A stretch of 64,000 bases of DNA, from contig CAVQQC010000020.1 in the NCBI GenBank assembly GCA_963714895.1, positions 21,985 through 85,984 of the forward strand, written 5' to 3'. The notes under the pieces are model-generated. The model was not told the DNA's origin. It worked only from the letters and a program-made list of their open reading frames with translations, and did no database searches. The stretch comes from Candidatus Sulfomarinibacteraceae bacterium (GTDB lineage Bacteria; Acidobacteriota; Thermoanaerobaculia; Thermoanaerobaculales; Sulfomarinibacteraceae). Positions 53,566 through 63,030 of this stretch are shown in pieces. The position numbers and the translations under genes are program-made. How positions within the stretch are numbered: position 1 is the first letter of the stretch; the number at the start of each line of letters is the position of its first letter.

Positions 53566-53750
53566 GCAATGGGGCGATGAGGCCATCGGGCAATGAGGCA
53601 ATGAGGCAGTGAGGCAGTGACGTAGATTCGAGTAAGCCCACGGCCTCATTGCCCCATTGCCAGGTTGCGGAGCAACCGGCCACTGCCCCATCGCCAGGCC
53701 GCATCGCGGCCGGTCACTCGCTCACCGCCTCACTGCCTCACTGCCCCAGC
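53566..53750. repeat. Octamer-based inverted repeat in the trpE/asnS divergent region
   Basis: Left arm, 7 tandem 8-mers: GCAATGGG GCGATGAG GCCATCGG GCAATGAG GCAATGAG GCAGTGAG GCAGTGAC (53566-53621). The right side (53640-53750) carries the complementary units CTCATTGC, CCCATTGC, …GTCACTCG CTCACCGC CTCACTGC CTCACTGC. Confidence 0.8.
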
Positions 53751-53790
53751 ACCCCCCTCGTGTACAATCCCGCTCTCTGAGGGAGGAACC

Positions 53791-55092
53791 ATGCCGCGCC
53801 CCGTCATTACGATTGCCGAACTTTCCCAACACGCCGATCAGGAGGTGACCCTCAACGGATGGGTCTACAACTGGCGCAAGAAGGGCAAGCTGCGTTTCAT
53901 CATTCTGCGCGACGGTTTCGGTTACCTGCAGTGCGTGGTCTTCCAACCCGAGGTCGACGAGGCGGTGTGGGAGAGGGCGGTCGAACTGACCCAGGAGTCG
54001 TCGGTCGCCATCACCGGCAGGGTGGCGGTGGACGAACGAGCCCCGGGCGGCTTCGAACTCAAGGTGAGCGCCATCGACGTGATCCAGCTCGCCCCCGAGT
54101 ACCCGATCGGCAAGAAAGACCACGGCCCCGACTTCCTCCTCAACCACCGCCACCTGTGGCTGCGGTCGAAGAGACAGCACGCCATCATGCGGGTGCGGTC
54201 GGAGGTGGAGTTCGCGATCCGCGATTTCTTCCAGACTCGCGGTTACACCCTCATCGACTCGCCCATCCTCACCCCGGCGGCGTGCGAGGGCACCTCGACC
54301 CTGTTTGAAACCGAGTATTTCGGCGAGACCGCATTCCTCTCACAATCGGGCCAGCTCTACCTCGAACCGGCGGCGGCCGCCCTCGGCAAGGTCTACTGCT
54401 TCGGACCGACCTTCCGCGCCGAGAAATCCAAGACGCGGCGCCACCTGACCGAGTTCTGGATGGTCGAGCCCGAGGTGGCGTGGCTGCGGTTCGACGGTCT
54501 GCTCGATCTGTGCGAGGAGTTCCTCTCCCAGGTCGTGGCGCGGGTGCTCGATCGCTGCGCTCAAGATCTCGAGCGGCTCGAACGCGACACCACCAAACTC
54601 GAGCCGACCGCGGCCGGCGGTTTCCCGCGGCTCGACTACGCTGATGCGGTCACCAAACTGCAGGAACTCGGCTCGGACATCCAGTTCGGCGACGACCTCG
54701 GCGGCGACGACGAGACCATGCTGACCGAACTGTACGACCGCCCGCTCGCCGTGACCCGCTACCCGGCGGCCATCAAGGCCTTCTACATGCAACCCGACCC
54801 GCAAGACCCTACCCGTGCCCTGGCGGTCGACGTGCTCGCCCCCGAAGGCTACGGCGAGATCATCGGCGGTTCCGAGCGCTGCGACTCGCTGGAGCACCTC
54901 GAGCGCCAGATCGCCGCCCACGAATTGCCGCGCGAGGCCTTCGAGTGGTACCTCGATGTCCGCCGCTACGGCTCCTTCCCGCACGCCGGTTTCGGGATGG
55001 GGATCGAGCGTTGCGTGGCGTGGATCTGCGGCATTTCGCACCTCAGGGAGGCCATCCCCTATCCGAGGTTGATCAACCGGTTGAACCCGTGA
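53791..55092 (+). CDS. asnS: Asparagine--tRNA ligase
   Basis: GGGAGGA Shine-Dalgarno plus ATG 53791. An OB-fold N-terminus and class IIb core: …[25 protein letters not shown]…, …[11 protein letters not shown]…, …[16 protein letters not shown]… 433 aa. AsnRS is favoured over AspRS on size and motifs. Confidence 0.85.
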   Translation: MPRPVITIAELSQHADQEVTLNGWVYNWRKKGKLRFIILRDGFGYLQCVVFQPEVDEAVWERAVELTQESSVAITGRVAVDERAPGGFELKVSAIDVIQLAPEYPIGKKDHGPDFLLNHRHLWLRSKRQHAIMRVRSEVEFAIRDFFQTRGYTLIDSPILTPAACEGTSTLFETEYFGETAFLSQSGQLYLEPAAAALGKVYCFGPTFRAEKSKTRRHLTEFWMVEPEVAWLRFDGLLDLCEEFLSQVVARVLDRCAQDLERLERDTTKLEPTAAGGFPRLDYADAVTKLQELGSDIQFGDDLGGDDETMLTELYDRPLAVTRYPAAIKAFYMQPDPQDPTRALAVDVLAPEGYGEIIGGSERCDSLEHLERQIAAHELPREAFEWYLDVRRYGSFPHAGFGMGIERCVAWICGISHLREAIPYPRLINRLNP

Positions 55093-55093
55093 T

Positions 55094-55127
<34 letters not shown>

Positions 55128-55183
55128 CCACCCTCCAATTCCCGGGTATCGAAACCCGGGTAACGGGCGGCGAGGGGTCCACG

Positions 55184-55711
55184 ATGTATCTGGATCCGAA
55201 AGTCCGGTTGGCGTATGTGGTGACGAAGGTGGCGGTGTTCGGGGTTGCCGCGCTCGCCACGTGGCCGTTGTCGCGGATGATCGGATCGAAGGCGTGGATC
55301 GGTCTCGCTGTATTCGGTGCGATCCTGGCGGTGATGACGGCGTTCTTCCTCCTGAGTTCCTCCCGCGACCCTGAAGCCGGCGCCGAGGAGGAGGAGTCGC
55401 CCCTCGATGACGCGGTTGACCCCGAGCAACCGTTCGTGATGCCGGTCGAGGACAGCATCGACCTCCACCCGTTTCCGCCGCGCGACGTGCCCGACGTGGT
55501 CGACGCCTACCTTGAATCGGCCTCCGAAAAGGGATTCCGTGAGGTCCGGGTGATCCACGGCCGGGGCATCGGCGTGCAGCGCGACCGGGTGCAGAAGCTG
55601 CTCGCCCGACACCCGCTGGTTTCGGGTTTCCACGACGCCCCGCCCGACCGCGGCGGTTGGGGCGCGACCGTGGTGTATCTCAAGCCGGGCAAAGAAACGT
55701 TAGAACGTTAG
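55184..55711 (+). CDS. Membrane-anchored Smr domain protein
   Basis: Two N-terminal TM helices, then …[49 protein letters not shown]… (Smr/MutS2 C-terminal-type domain). Confidence 0.75.
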   Translation: MYLDPKVRLAYVVTKVAVFGVAALATWPLSRMIGSKAWIGLAVFGAILAVMTAFFLLSSSRDPEAGAEEEESPLDDAVDPEQPFVMPVEDSIDLHPFPPRDVPDVVDAYLESASEKGFREVRVIHGRGIGVQRDRVQKLLARHPLVSGFHDAPPDRGGWGATVVYLKPGKETLER

Positions 55712-55727
55712 AACGTTGGAACGTTGT
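55696..55727. repeat. Tandem octamer array (AACGTTAG/AACGTTGG)x4
   Basis: aacgttagaacgttagaacgttggaacgttgt spans the Smr gene stop codon. Confidence 0.85.
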
Positions 55728-55803
55728 AGACCTCAACCGCATGCTGGCTCCGGGAGACGACATCCCGACGTGATGATCCCGGTTCTCCGAGAAGGCTTTG
55801 CCC

Positions 55804-55892
55804 GTGAGTGCCCCCTCAGACAATGATTGGGCCCGTAACGTTACCTCGCAACCGGCGTGCGAGTTCCCAACATTGTCTGAGACGGCACGTCC
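55804..55892 (-). repeat. Family-A hairpin element, copy 7 (reverse orientation, variant of copy 4)
   Basis: GTGAGTGCCCCCTCAGACAATGATTGGG … CCCAACATTGTCTGAGACGGCACGTCC. Its flanks are identical to the reverse complement of copy 4. The stem carries paired substitutions. Confidence 0.8.
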
Positions 55893-55962
55893 GGTGGACG
55901 CGGCTCATATCAGCCGGTTCTTCAGACATGAATACTCAGACAATTCTGGAGGGTTGTGATGG

Positions 55963-55998
55963 AAAATTCGAAATCCGAAATTCGAAATCCGAAATTTC
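55963..55998. repeat. Tandem heptamer array (AAATTCG/AAATCCG)x5
   Basis: Lies immediately downstream of the stop codon of the HMA gene, which is on the minus strand. Confidence 0.85.
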
Positions 55999-56001
55999 GC
56001 G

Positions 56002-56319
56002 TCAACCCTCGACAGCCTCGGTCGTCACCCCGGTCACGGTGTAGCCGAGCTCTTCGATCTCGGTCTCGAGCGTCTCCACCCCCACTTTACGTGGATCGTA
56101 GACGACTTCCGCGGTGCCCTCCACGTGGTCTGCTGAGGCCTCGATCACGCCGTCCGTCTTTTCGAGAGCGGTGGTGATGGCGGACGAGCAGCTCTCGCAG
56201 TGCATGCCCTCGACGGTGAAGACGGAGCGAATGGGTTCGGGGCCGGTGCACGCAGCCAGAGTCACCACCGCAACCGCAGCTACAAGCCTCACGCTCACCG
56301 TCGTCAGAATATGTCGCAT
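56002..56319 (-). CDS. Heavy-metal-associated (HMA) domain lipoprotein (CopZ/MerP-like)
   Basis: Lipobox VVTLAACTG. FTVEGMHCESCSSAITTAL carries the MxCxxC metal-binding motif. Confidence 0.85.
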   Translation of the reverse strand: MRHILTTVSVRLVAAVAVVTLAACTGPEPIRSVFTVEGMHCESCSSAITTALEKTDGVIEASADHVEGTAEVVYDPRKVGVETLETEIEELGYTVTGVTTEAVEG

Positions 56320-56322
56320 CTT

Positions 56323-56694
56323 CTATCCCTCCCGCGACGCCCGGTCGCGAAAAATCGACATCAGGAATCTCGGATCGACGGAGTCCGTCAGACGATAGTA
56401 GATGGTCATCCCGTCGCGACGCGACCCCACCATGTGCCCGGAACGCAGACGGCTGAGGTGCTGCGACACGGCGGCGGGCGTCATCTCGAGGATGGTCGCC
56501 AGATCGCACACACACAGCTCCCCGGTCTCGCCGAGCAGGTGCATGATCTTCAACCTGGTTTCGCCGGCGAGCAGAGCGAAGTGCTCCGAGGTCCGGCGCA
56601 GGCGGGTGGCGTGGGCAGCCAGCGTCTTTCGCAATGACCGCAGTTCGTCCGGCGAACGGTCGGGGGAGACACATTCGAGGCGGGCCGCGGTCAT
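56323..56694 (-). CDS. ArsR/SmtB-family metalloregulator
   Basis: …HFALLAGETRLKIMHLLGETGELCVCDLATILEMTPAAVSQHLSRLRSGHMVGSRRDGMTIYYRL… is a winged HTH with a CVC site. ATG 56694 is preferred over the longer ORF. Confidence 0.85.
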   Translation of the reverse strand: MTAARLECVSPDRSPDELRSLRKTLAAHATRLRRTSEHFALLAGETRLKIMHLLGETGELCVCDLATILEMTPAAVSQHLSRLRSGHMVGSRRDGMTIYYRLTDSVDPRFLMSIFRDRASREG

Positions 56695-56817
56695 GCGCGA
56701 CCCCGGCACAGAGTCCTGCGGGCGGATTTCAAACGTAATATCAACATATCGCCATTTTAGAATCTTCTTAAGGAATGTCAAGACTCACTCTCTTGGTTTC
56801 ACCGGAGAGGAGAGTGT

Positions 56818-57177
56818 TTGACCCGATCGACTCCCAACCCGCAACCCCTCGAGGTCTGGATGGACGGTTCCTGTCCGTTGTGCCGCCGGTCGCAGGCGTG
56901 GTGCGAGCTCCGCGACCGCGACGACCGCGTGGTCTTCCGCGACTTCCGCGGCACCGACGATGTGGATCTGCCGGTCGAGCGCGCGGCGCTCGAAGCGAGC
57001 ATGTGGGTCCGGACAGGCGCCGGCACACTGCACCGGGGCTTTGCCGGTTGGCGGCTCATCATGGGCGAGATCCCGCGGTGGCGATGGCTTGCGTGGATCT
57101 CCGGTCTGCCGCCGATGAGGTGGATCGGGCCCCCCGTTTATCGTCTGGTGGCCCGCCTCCGTCATCGGTTCATTTGA
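56818..57177 (+). CDS. DCC-family thiol-disulfide oxidoreductase (DUF393)
   Basis: …VWMDGSCPLCRRS…RVVFRDF…RWRWLAWISGLPPMRWIGPPVYRLVARLR… The start is TTG 56818 or ATG 56860. Confidence 0.75.
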   Translation: MTRSTPNPQPLEVWMDGSCPLCRRSQAWCELRDRDDRVVFRDFRGTDDVDLPVERAALEASMWVRTGAGTLHRGFAGWRLIMGEIPRWRWLAWISGLPPMRWIGPPVYRLVARLRHRFI

Positions 57178-57180
57178 TTT

Positions 57181-57969
57181 TCACCACCCCGGTGCGGGTA
57201 CGCCCTTGGCGGCGAGCCGATCAAACAACGGCCACCGGGTCCACCTGCGATCGACCACCCTCGAGACCCGCCGGATGCCCACCACCGAGTTGCTCACCAC
57301 GACCTCGTCCGCGGCCGCGATGTCGTCGACCCTGATATCGATTTCCTTCACCCTCACCCCCGCGGTGGTGAAGTGCTCCAGCAGCCACCTTCTCATCACC
57401 CCGGGGAGGCAGCGCTCCGGGGTGGGCGGGGTCAGCAGCGTCTCGCCGTGGCGGATCCAGATATTGGCGGTGGAAGTCTCGAGAACGTGGCCCGCAGCGT
57501 CCACCAGCAGGGCGTCGTCGGCGCCGCCCTTGACGGCGCGGTCGTGAGCGAGGTCCCATTTCTGGCGGTTGAGCACCTTGTGTCCGGCCAGCGGCGGCAC
57601 ACCGGGCCACCGTTCAATGACCAGCCGGGCCGGCGTCAGGGAGGGGCCGGCCTCGCTCAACTCGGCGGCGGTGGCAGCCACGCTCCAGAGCGAGTCGATT
57701 CCGGCGCGGCCGACGACCCGCAACCGGGCCGGTCCGTCGAGGCCCTCGGCTGACAGCAACCCGCACAAGGCATCTTCATCCGGAAGCCTGAGGCTCTCAC
57801 CGGCTCCGAGCCGGGCGAGACTCCCTGACAGGCGCTCCCGGTGCCACGGCCACAGAAACGGTCGGCCGCCGTCGCAGCCGACGGTCGTGAACGCCCCCCA
57901 GCCGGCGCCCGGACCATCGCGCCGAGAGCCGACCTGAACCATGCGGCCGTCCCGCCACTCGCTGCTCAT
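57181..57969 (-). CDS. pabC: Class IV aminotransferase-fold protein, probable aminodeoxychorismate lyase
   Basis: …ETSTANIWIRHGETLLTPP…CLPGVMRRWLLE…VVVSNSVVGIRRV… It overlaps the pabB stop by 4 nt. Confidence 0.7.
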   Translation of the reverse strand: MSSEWRDGRMVQVGSRRDGPGAGWGAFTTVGCDGGRPFLWPWHRERLSGSLARLGAGESLRLPDEDALCGLLSAEGLDGPARLRVVGRAGIDSLWSVAATAAELSEAGPSLTPARLVIERWPGVPPLAGHKVLNRQKWDLAHDRAVKGGADDALLVDAAGHVLETSTANIWIRHGETLLTPPTPERCLPGVMRRWLLEHFTTAGVRVKEIDIRVDDIAAADEVVVSNSVVGIRRVSRVVDRRWTRWPLFDRLAAKGVPAPGW

Positions 57970-59180
57970 TCAGCCGCCTCCACCAGGTCGAGCCACCTGG
58001 CGATCTTGACCCGCGATTCGGCCTCTTCCGCCGCCGGGTCCGACTCCCAAACGATCCCGCACCCCGCCGCGAACTCCAACCGTCCGTCAACCGACCAGGC
58101 CGACCTGATGGGCAGGGCCATCTCCATGTCGCCGTTGCCACCGATCACGCCGAGTGCTCCAGTAAAAGGGCCTCGCGGCACCGGCTCGAGTTCGGCGATC
58201 ACCGACATGGCCGAAATCTTGGGGCACCCCGTGACCGAACCCCCCGGGACCACGGCCGCCAGGGCGTCCCACCACTCGATGCCACGGCGCAGCCGCCCCG
58301 TCACCTTCGCAACCCGGTGATGGACCCCGGGGAAGGTGCACACGGACCCGGCATCGACGACCCGGACCGAACCGGTGTCCGACACCCGTCCGAGGTCGTT
58401 GCGTTCGAGATCGACGATCATTGCCAGCTCGGCACGCTCCTTGGGGTCGGCATCGAGATCGGCCGCGAGTTCAAGATCCTGCACCGCCGATCGGCCGCGC
58501 GGGCGGGTGCCTTTGATGGGGTGCGTCTCCAGCACCGCACCTCGCCGGCGCAACAGCAATTCCATCGAAGCCGTCACGAGCTCTCCCTCGTCGAATATGA
58601 GCCGGGCCAGGTATTCCGGCACACCGCCGGTTCGCGAGGCTTCGACGAGGGCATCCAACGTCCCGGACCACCCGTCGACGGTCATCCGCCGGCTGAGGTT
58701 GACCTGATACACATCTCCGGCGGCGATCCTCTCACGAATGGCGTCCACGGTCTTTCGAAACGCCGGGGCGTCGAGGCTCCAACGCGCGGGTCCACAGTCG
58801 CCAACGGCCGGGTGGTTTCCGGGTCGCGTCGCCGCAATTGGTTGCGGTTCGACGAGGACCATCCCTCTCGGAAACACACCGTCGACCGGTCGTACCGGGA
58901 GGCCCCCGGCGAGTTCCGCGCACGCCTCATACCCGAGCCACCCAACTCCCCACGGGGCATCACCGCGAACCGATCGCTGCGCCCACAGTTCGCGCAAGGC
59001 GACGGTGAGGTCGGGCCAGCGCGAAGTTTCGCGCCCACCGTCCTCGAGGACCCAATGGCGTTCGTGCCCGACGAGCCGGCGTGACGATTGCCACCCGCCG
59101 CGCCACGACCCCCACGCCGGTCCGAGGAGCTCCGCACACGGCGCTGATCGGACCGAGCGACGTTCGGTCAGGGCCGCCAA
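57966..59180 (-). CDS. pabB: Aminodeoxychorismate synthase component I (chorismate-binding enzyme)
   Basis: …IAAGDVYQVNLSRR…, …PIKGTRPRG…, …DPKERAELAMIVDLERNDLGRV…, …GSVTGCPKISAMSVIAELE…RGPFTGALG… The start is uncertain: there is no in-frame ATG, and TTG 59180 is proposed. Confidence 0.8.
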   Translation of the reverse strand: MAALTERRSVRSAPCAELLGPAWGSWRGGWQSSRRLVGHERHWVLEDGGRETSRWPDLTVALRELWAQRSVRGDAPWGVGWLGYEACAELAGGLPVRPVDGVFPRGMVLVEPQPIAATRPGNHPAVGDCGPARWSLDAPAFRKTVDAIRERIAAGDVYQVNLSRRMTVDGWSGTLDALVEASRTGGVPEYLARLIFDEGELVTASMELLLRRRGAVLETHPIKGTRPRGRSAVQDLELAADLDADPKERAELAMIVDLERNDLGRVSDTGSVRVVDAGSVCTFPGVHHRVAKVTGRLRRGIEWWDALAAVVPGGSVTGCPKISAMSVIAELEPVPRGPFTGALGVIGGNGDMEMALPIRSAWSVDGRLEFAAGCGIVWESDPAAEEAESRVKIARWLDLVEAAE

Positions 59181-60481
59181 TCGTCCACGGGCACCGGGGT
59201 GCCGAGGCTCCAGTCTTTGCCGACCGGCGCCACGTAGATGTCCTCGTCGAAATTCAACGGACGGTAGCGAGGAATGCAGAAAAAGACCCACTTCCCGTCG
59301 GCCGTCGGCGCCGCCTGGGTAAAGACCGTGCGGTGAGGTCCGGGCAGGCGGAGAGCCCTCACCTGGCCTCCCTTGAACAGGAGCTGCCGATCTTCCCGAC
59401 AGAAGACGAGCTCGTTTTCGGGACCCGTCCTCGGGTTCCACTCGTTGCCGAAGCTGCAGATCTCAGGCTCCAACGGCTGCGGGCCGGTCTCCACATCAGG
59501 ATCGAAGAGAAAGAAATCGGCGCGATCGCGGCTGCCGCGATCGGAAGCGAAGACCAGCTTGGTGCGGCTCCCCGTCAGATACACCGCGTCCTGGGACTGC
59601 CCGCCGACCCCCTCGATGGGTTCGACTTCACCCCACTGCGCTGCCGCATTCGGCCGCCGAGCCGCGCCGACCCACGGCGGCTCGGAGCCCGTTTTCACCG
59701 TCATCAGGCACTCGGTTTCGTCTTCGCTCACCCAACTGACCCGCTGCAGAACGGCGTCCTCGAGACCGGGAAACACCACCAGCTCCGGTGCGCTCCATCC
59801 ATCGTCGCCGAGCTCAGTGCGATAGCTGCGTTCAATTCCGCCAACGGCCTCTCCCTCGGCAGTCAGGCCGTCGCGGAGAGCTCCGTGCCAGCCCTCCTCG
59901 GCGGTCGCCGGCGGCCGCAGATGAGCGCTGAAGTAGAGCACCTTGCCGTCCGCCACCGGGACCGGGGCCAGCTCGGAACCGGTAGAGTTGATGGCCAACG
60001 GGTCGTCGAGATCCGGCGCCGGTGCTTTCGCCAGCTTTGGCAGCATCCAGAGGCTGTAGGTCGAAAAGTCCATCAGCGTGTCCGCCTCGACCCAGAGCTC
60101 GCTGGAACCGCGGATCAGGGTGGTGCCGGGCACCGGCAGGACCACGACCTCGGTTCCGGAGGGCATACTCTCGAGGTCCGCCGGGCCGTCGTTGGCGATG
60201 ACGACCGCGTCAGGCCCGACGGTCACCGTGGCGACCAGCCCCTTTTCGACGGCAGGCGTCGGCTTCCCGGTCTCCTCCTCCGCGGCGCGCAGGGCGCGAG
60301 GGGGGCCGACCTGGATCACGGCGATCCAGAGATCCGGGTCATCCGGGTTGCGAGTCACCTCGATCAGGTTGCCGAACACCTCGGCGTCCGGTTGGGCGGT
60401 GGGGCGTGCGGGATCCAGGAAATCACACGCGCCCGTGAAAACCAGGCAGATTGCCAAAACGATGATAGCTGCAGGTCGCAT
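59168..60481 (-). CDS. Beta-propeller (PD40/TolB-like) lipoprotein
   Basis: MRPAAIIVLAICLVFTGAC lipobox. Repeats …ADGKVLYFSA…, …SRTKLVFASDR…, …ENELVFCRE…, …ADGKWVFFC… The ATG at 60481 is chosen within the longer ORF. Confidence 0.65.
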   Translation of the reverse strand: MRPAAIIVLAICLVFTGACDFLDPARPTAQPDAEVFGNLIEVTRNPDDPDLWIAVIQVGPPRALRAAEEETGKPTPAVEKGLVATVTVGPDAVVIANDGPADLESMPSGTEVVVLPVPGTTLIRGSSELWVEADTLMDFSTYSLWMLPKLAKAPAPDLDDPLAINSTGSELAPVPVADGKVLYFSAHLRPPATAEEGWHGALRDGLTAEGEAVGGIERSYRTELGDDGWSAPELVVFPGLEDAVLQRVSWVSEDETECLMTVKTGSEPPWVGAARRPNAAAQWGEVEPIEGVGGQSQDAVYLTGSRTKLVFASDRGSRDRADFFLFDPDVETGPQPLEPEICSFGNEWNPRTGPENELVFCREDRQLLFKGGQVRALRLPGPHRTVFTQAAPTADGKWVFFCIPRYRPLNFDEDIYVAPVGKDWSLGTPVPVDDWRP

Positions 60482-60495
60482 ACAGTCCCCCTCGG

Positions 60496-62118
60496 TCATA
60501 AGAGCATACCTGCAATTGTCGCCGTAAGACACGACGCGATCGCTCCGCCAAACATCGCTTTCAGCCCAAGCTGGGCGAGATCGGATCGTCGCCGGGGCGC
60601 AACCGCAGAGATTCCTCCGATCTGAATGCCAATGGACGAAAAGTTGGCGAAACCGCAGAGCGCATACGTGGCGATAATCATCGACCTCTCGGACATCGCG
60701 CCGTCCTGAAAGTAGGTGTTCAACACGCCATAGGCCACAAGCTCGTTGAGTGACAATTTGATCCCGAGCAGGTTGCCTACCAGTGCGGCATCCGCCCAGG
60801 CGACACCCATCAACCAGGTCAGCGGTCGCAGCAGGGTGCCGAACAAAGTCTGGAGGGAACCCGGGAAGACGCCCGTGAACTCGCCAACAACCGGCGACAT
60901 GCCACCGGAGCCGTACGTCACGTAGACCCCATGCAGTAACGAGCCGTCCACCAGCGCGTCGACCCAGTTGAGAACGACGTCGACAACTGCGATCAGAGCG
61001 ATGAACCCGACCAACATGGCCGCAACGTTGACCGCTAACTTGAGCCCGTCGGTGATGCCGTTGGAAGCGGCCTCGATGACGTTACTGCCGGATTCGATCT
61101 CGGGCAACGCAATGTCGCCGGCAGTCGTCGAGTGTTCGAGCTCGGGATAGATGATCTTGCCGACAAGCAGTGCGGCCGGCGCGGCCATCACACTCGCCGC
61201 GATGAGATGGCCCGCAGGGATGCCCATCGCGATGTACGCGGCGAGGACGCCGCCGGCAATGGTGGCGAAACCGCCGACCATGACGGTCAGCAGCTCCGAC
61301 CTCGTCATGTCGTTGAGGAAGGGTTTGATCAGCAGCGGTGCCTCGGTCTGACCGACAAAGATATTTGCCGAACACGACAGCGTCTCCGCGCCACTGGTGC
61401 CAACCGTCCAGCGCATGAATCTGGCGATCGCCTCGATCACCTTCTGCATGACTCCGAGATAGTAGAGGACGGCCATGAATCCGCCGAAAAAGAGAATGGT
61501 CGGCAGCACCTTGAACGCGAACTGGAAGCCGAAGCCCGGCCAACTCGAAGCACCGCCGGGGAAAAAGTACTGTGGATCGGCAAGATTGCCGAATAGAAAA
61601 CGGGCGCCATAATCAGAAAGACTCAGAAAAGCCGCCACCTTCTGAGTGAAAGCAACGAAGATGATTTGTCCATAGATACCGGATGCGATCAGCCACGCCA
61701 CGCCTGACACGACCAACGACACTCCGAGCAGGGCCTGCATGCGGGGTGCGACGCGAAACCTCGAGTTGGCCAGGAGCAGCACCAGCACGGCCACTGCTGC
61801 CCAACCCACCGCAGCGGGCCCGAGCAGACCGAGGCCCAAACCGACCACTCCGATGCCGATGAGTATCCCGACCACCGAGGTCAGCGATCGTTCACCGGTG
61901 GCCAGGTCATGTCGGAACTGGTAGACCGCCAGCAACGTCGCCAGTACTCCCATTCCGACAAAACTCCAGAAATCCTGACGCAGGATAATCACCGCAAACA
62001 GAAACTGCATCCCGAGGCCCCAGAACACGATCCGCAACTTGACGTCGCGCTTGTGGTAGGACATGGCCCAGGCGAGACCGAGCAGCGCCAGGATGCCGAG
62101 AATACCGATGAACCGCAT
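60496..62118 (-). CDS. NupC/CNT-family concentrative nucleoside transporter
   Basis: …GFQFAFKVLPTILFFGGFMAVLYYLGVMQ…SANIFVGQTEAPLLIKPFL…MTRSELLTVMVGGFATIAGGVLAAY…ALCGFANFSSIGIQIGG…. Confidence 0.9.
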   Translation of the reverse strand: MRFIGILGILALLGLAWAMSYHKRDVKLRIVFWGLGMQFLFAVIILRQDFWSFVGMGVLATLLAVYQFRHDLATGERSLTSVVGILIGIGVVGLGLGLLGPAAVGWAAVAVLVLLLANSRFRVAPRMQALLGVSLVVSGVAWLIASGIYGQIIFVAFTQKVAAFLSLSDYGARFLFGNLADPQYFFPGGASSWPGFGFQFAFKVLPTILFFGGFMAVLYYLGVMQKVIEAIARFMRWTVGTSGAETLSCSANIFVGQTEAPLLIKPFLNDMTRSELLTVMVGGFATIAGGVLAAYIAMGIPAGHLIAASVMAAPAALLVGKIIYPELEHSTTAGDIALPEIESGSNVIEAASNGITDGLKLAVNVAAMLVGFIALIAVVDVVLNWVDALVDGSLLHGVYVTYGSGGMSPVVGEFTGVFPGSLQTLFGTLLRPLTWLMGVAWADAALVGNLLGIKLSLNELVAYGVLNTYFQDGAMSERSMIIATYALCGFANFSSIGIQIGGISAVAPRRRSDLAQLGLKAMFGGAIASCLTATIAGMLL

Positions 62119-62263
62119 GGAGAACCCTCCCGCGCTGACACTCTACACTGCCGGCCCGCACAACTCACCTTGCGCGCCTGGAGCCGAAACCCGGTACCAT
62201 GTGCGGAGTTCCGCGAGTGATCACGACGATGAGCCCGCCCGGGCTGCGACAGGAGAAGAAACC

Positions 62264-62446
62264 ATGGCGATGGATTTTGAAACGGTCAAGTTCTTACGAC
62301 GCCTTCTGGGGGGTCTGTGCGCGGTCATCGGCGCCGCTGCGGGTTACCAGTATTATGCATTCCTGGGTGGCGTCGGCGGCGTGATCGTCGGTTACGCGGT
62401 CGGCTGGAACCTGGTCGACTTTTTCAAGGGCCGCGCCCACAAGTGA
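62264..62446 (+). CDS. Small hypothetical membrane protein (60 aa)
   Basis: AGGAGAAG Shine-Dalgarno plus ATG 62264. GGLCAVIGAAAGYQYYAFLGGVGGVIVGYAVGW is a glycine-zipper-like TM segment. Confidence 0.4.
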   Translation: MAMDFETVKFLRRLLGGLCAVIGAAAGYQYYAFLGGVGGVIVGYAVGWNLVDFFKGRAHK

Positions 62447-62489
62447 TTTTTCGCGTCTCCAACGATGCCGGCCCGATTGGGCGCCTGAC

Positions 62490-62897
62490 GTGAATCAGAA
62501 GGAATTCGAGTCGGTTGTCGGTGAGGCGCTGGACAGGCTGCCGCTCGAGTTCGCCGATCTGCTGTCGAATCTGACGATCCAGGTCGAGGACCGGCCCGAT
62601 GCTGAGACCATGGCGGACGTCGGTCTCGACCCCAGGTTCGACACCCTCCTCGGGCTCTACACCGGCGTCCCCCTCGACGAACGGGGTGGCTGGTACGGCA
62701 ACGTGCTGCCGGATATCATCGTGCTCTACCGGAAGCCCCTTCTCGCCGCCTGCCGCGACCGACGCGAGTTGATCCACCAGATCCAACTGACCCTGTTGCA
62801 CGAGATCGGGCACCACTTCGGGTTCTCCGAGGAGGAGATGGAGGCCTGGGAACATGAGTTCAGGGGGCTCGAGGGCGGGGGTCCCGATTCGGGCTGA
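62490..62897 (+). CDS. Metallopeptidase-family protein (DUF1025-like, HExxH)
   Basis: …LSNLTIQVEDRP…LYRKPLL…LLHEIGHHFGFSEEEMEAWE… GTG start. Confidence 0.75.
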   Translation: MNQKEFESVVGEALDRLPLEFADLLSNLTIQVEDRPDAETMADVGLDPRFDTLLGLYTGVPLDERGGWYGNVLPDIIVLYRKPLLAACRDRRELIHQIQLTLLHEIGHHFGFSEEEMEAWEHEFRGLEGGGPDSG

Positions 62898-62917
62898 TCA
62901 TCGAGAGTCAATTCTCA

Positions 62918-62944
62918 GTTTCGGATTTCGGATTTCGGATTTTC
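62918..62944. repeat. Tandem heptamer array (TTTCGGA)x3.5
   Basis: gtttcggatttcggatttcggatttt lies 20 nt after the metallopeptidase stop. Confidence 0.9.
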
Positions 62945-63030
62945 ACCCACCCCTCGCGTGAGCCGGACGGGCTGTTCGAGGAATCGAGAATCCGTCGACC
63001 GCAGCCCTTGAGATTCTGTATCCTCGTTGC

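Noticed and set aside
53432-53704. Possible trp leader peptide (minus-strand ORF containing …ATWQWG…)
   Set aside because: The ORF is 90 aa, runs into trpE out of frame with no nearby stop, has no tandem Trp codons and no evident terminator/antiterminator alternative. It is most likely a fortuitous reading of the octamer repeats.
62945-63030. preQ1 riboswitch upstream of the yhhQ-type queuosine-precursor transporter
   Set aside because: No preQ1-I/II/III-like consensus is visible by eye, such as the short hairpin followed by an A-rich tail with CCCUC…AAAAAACUA.
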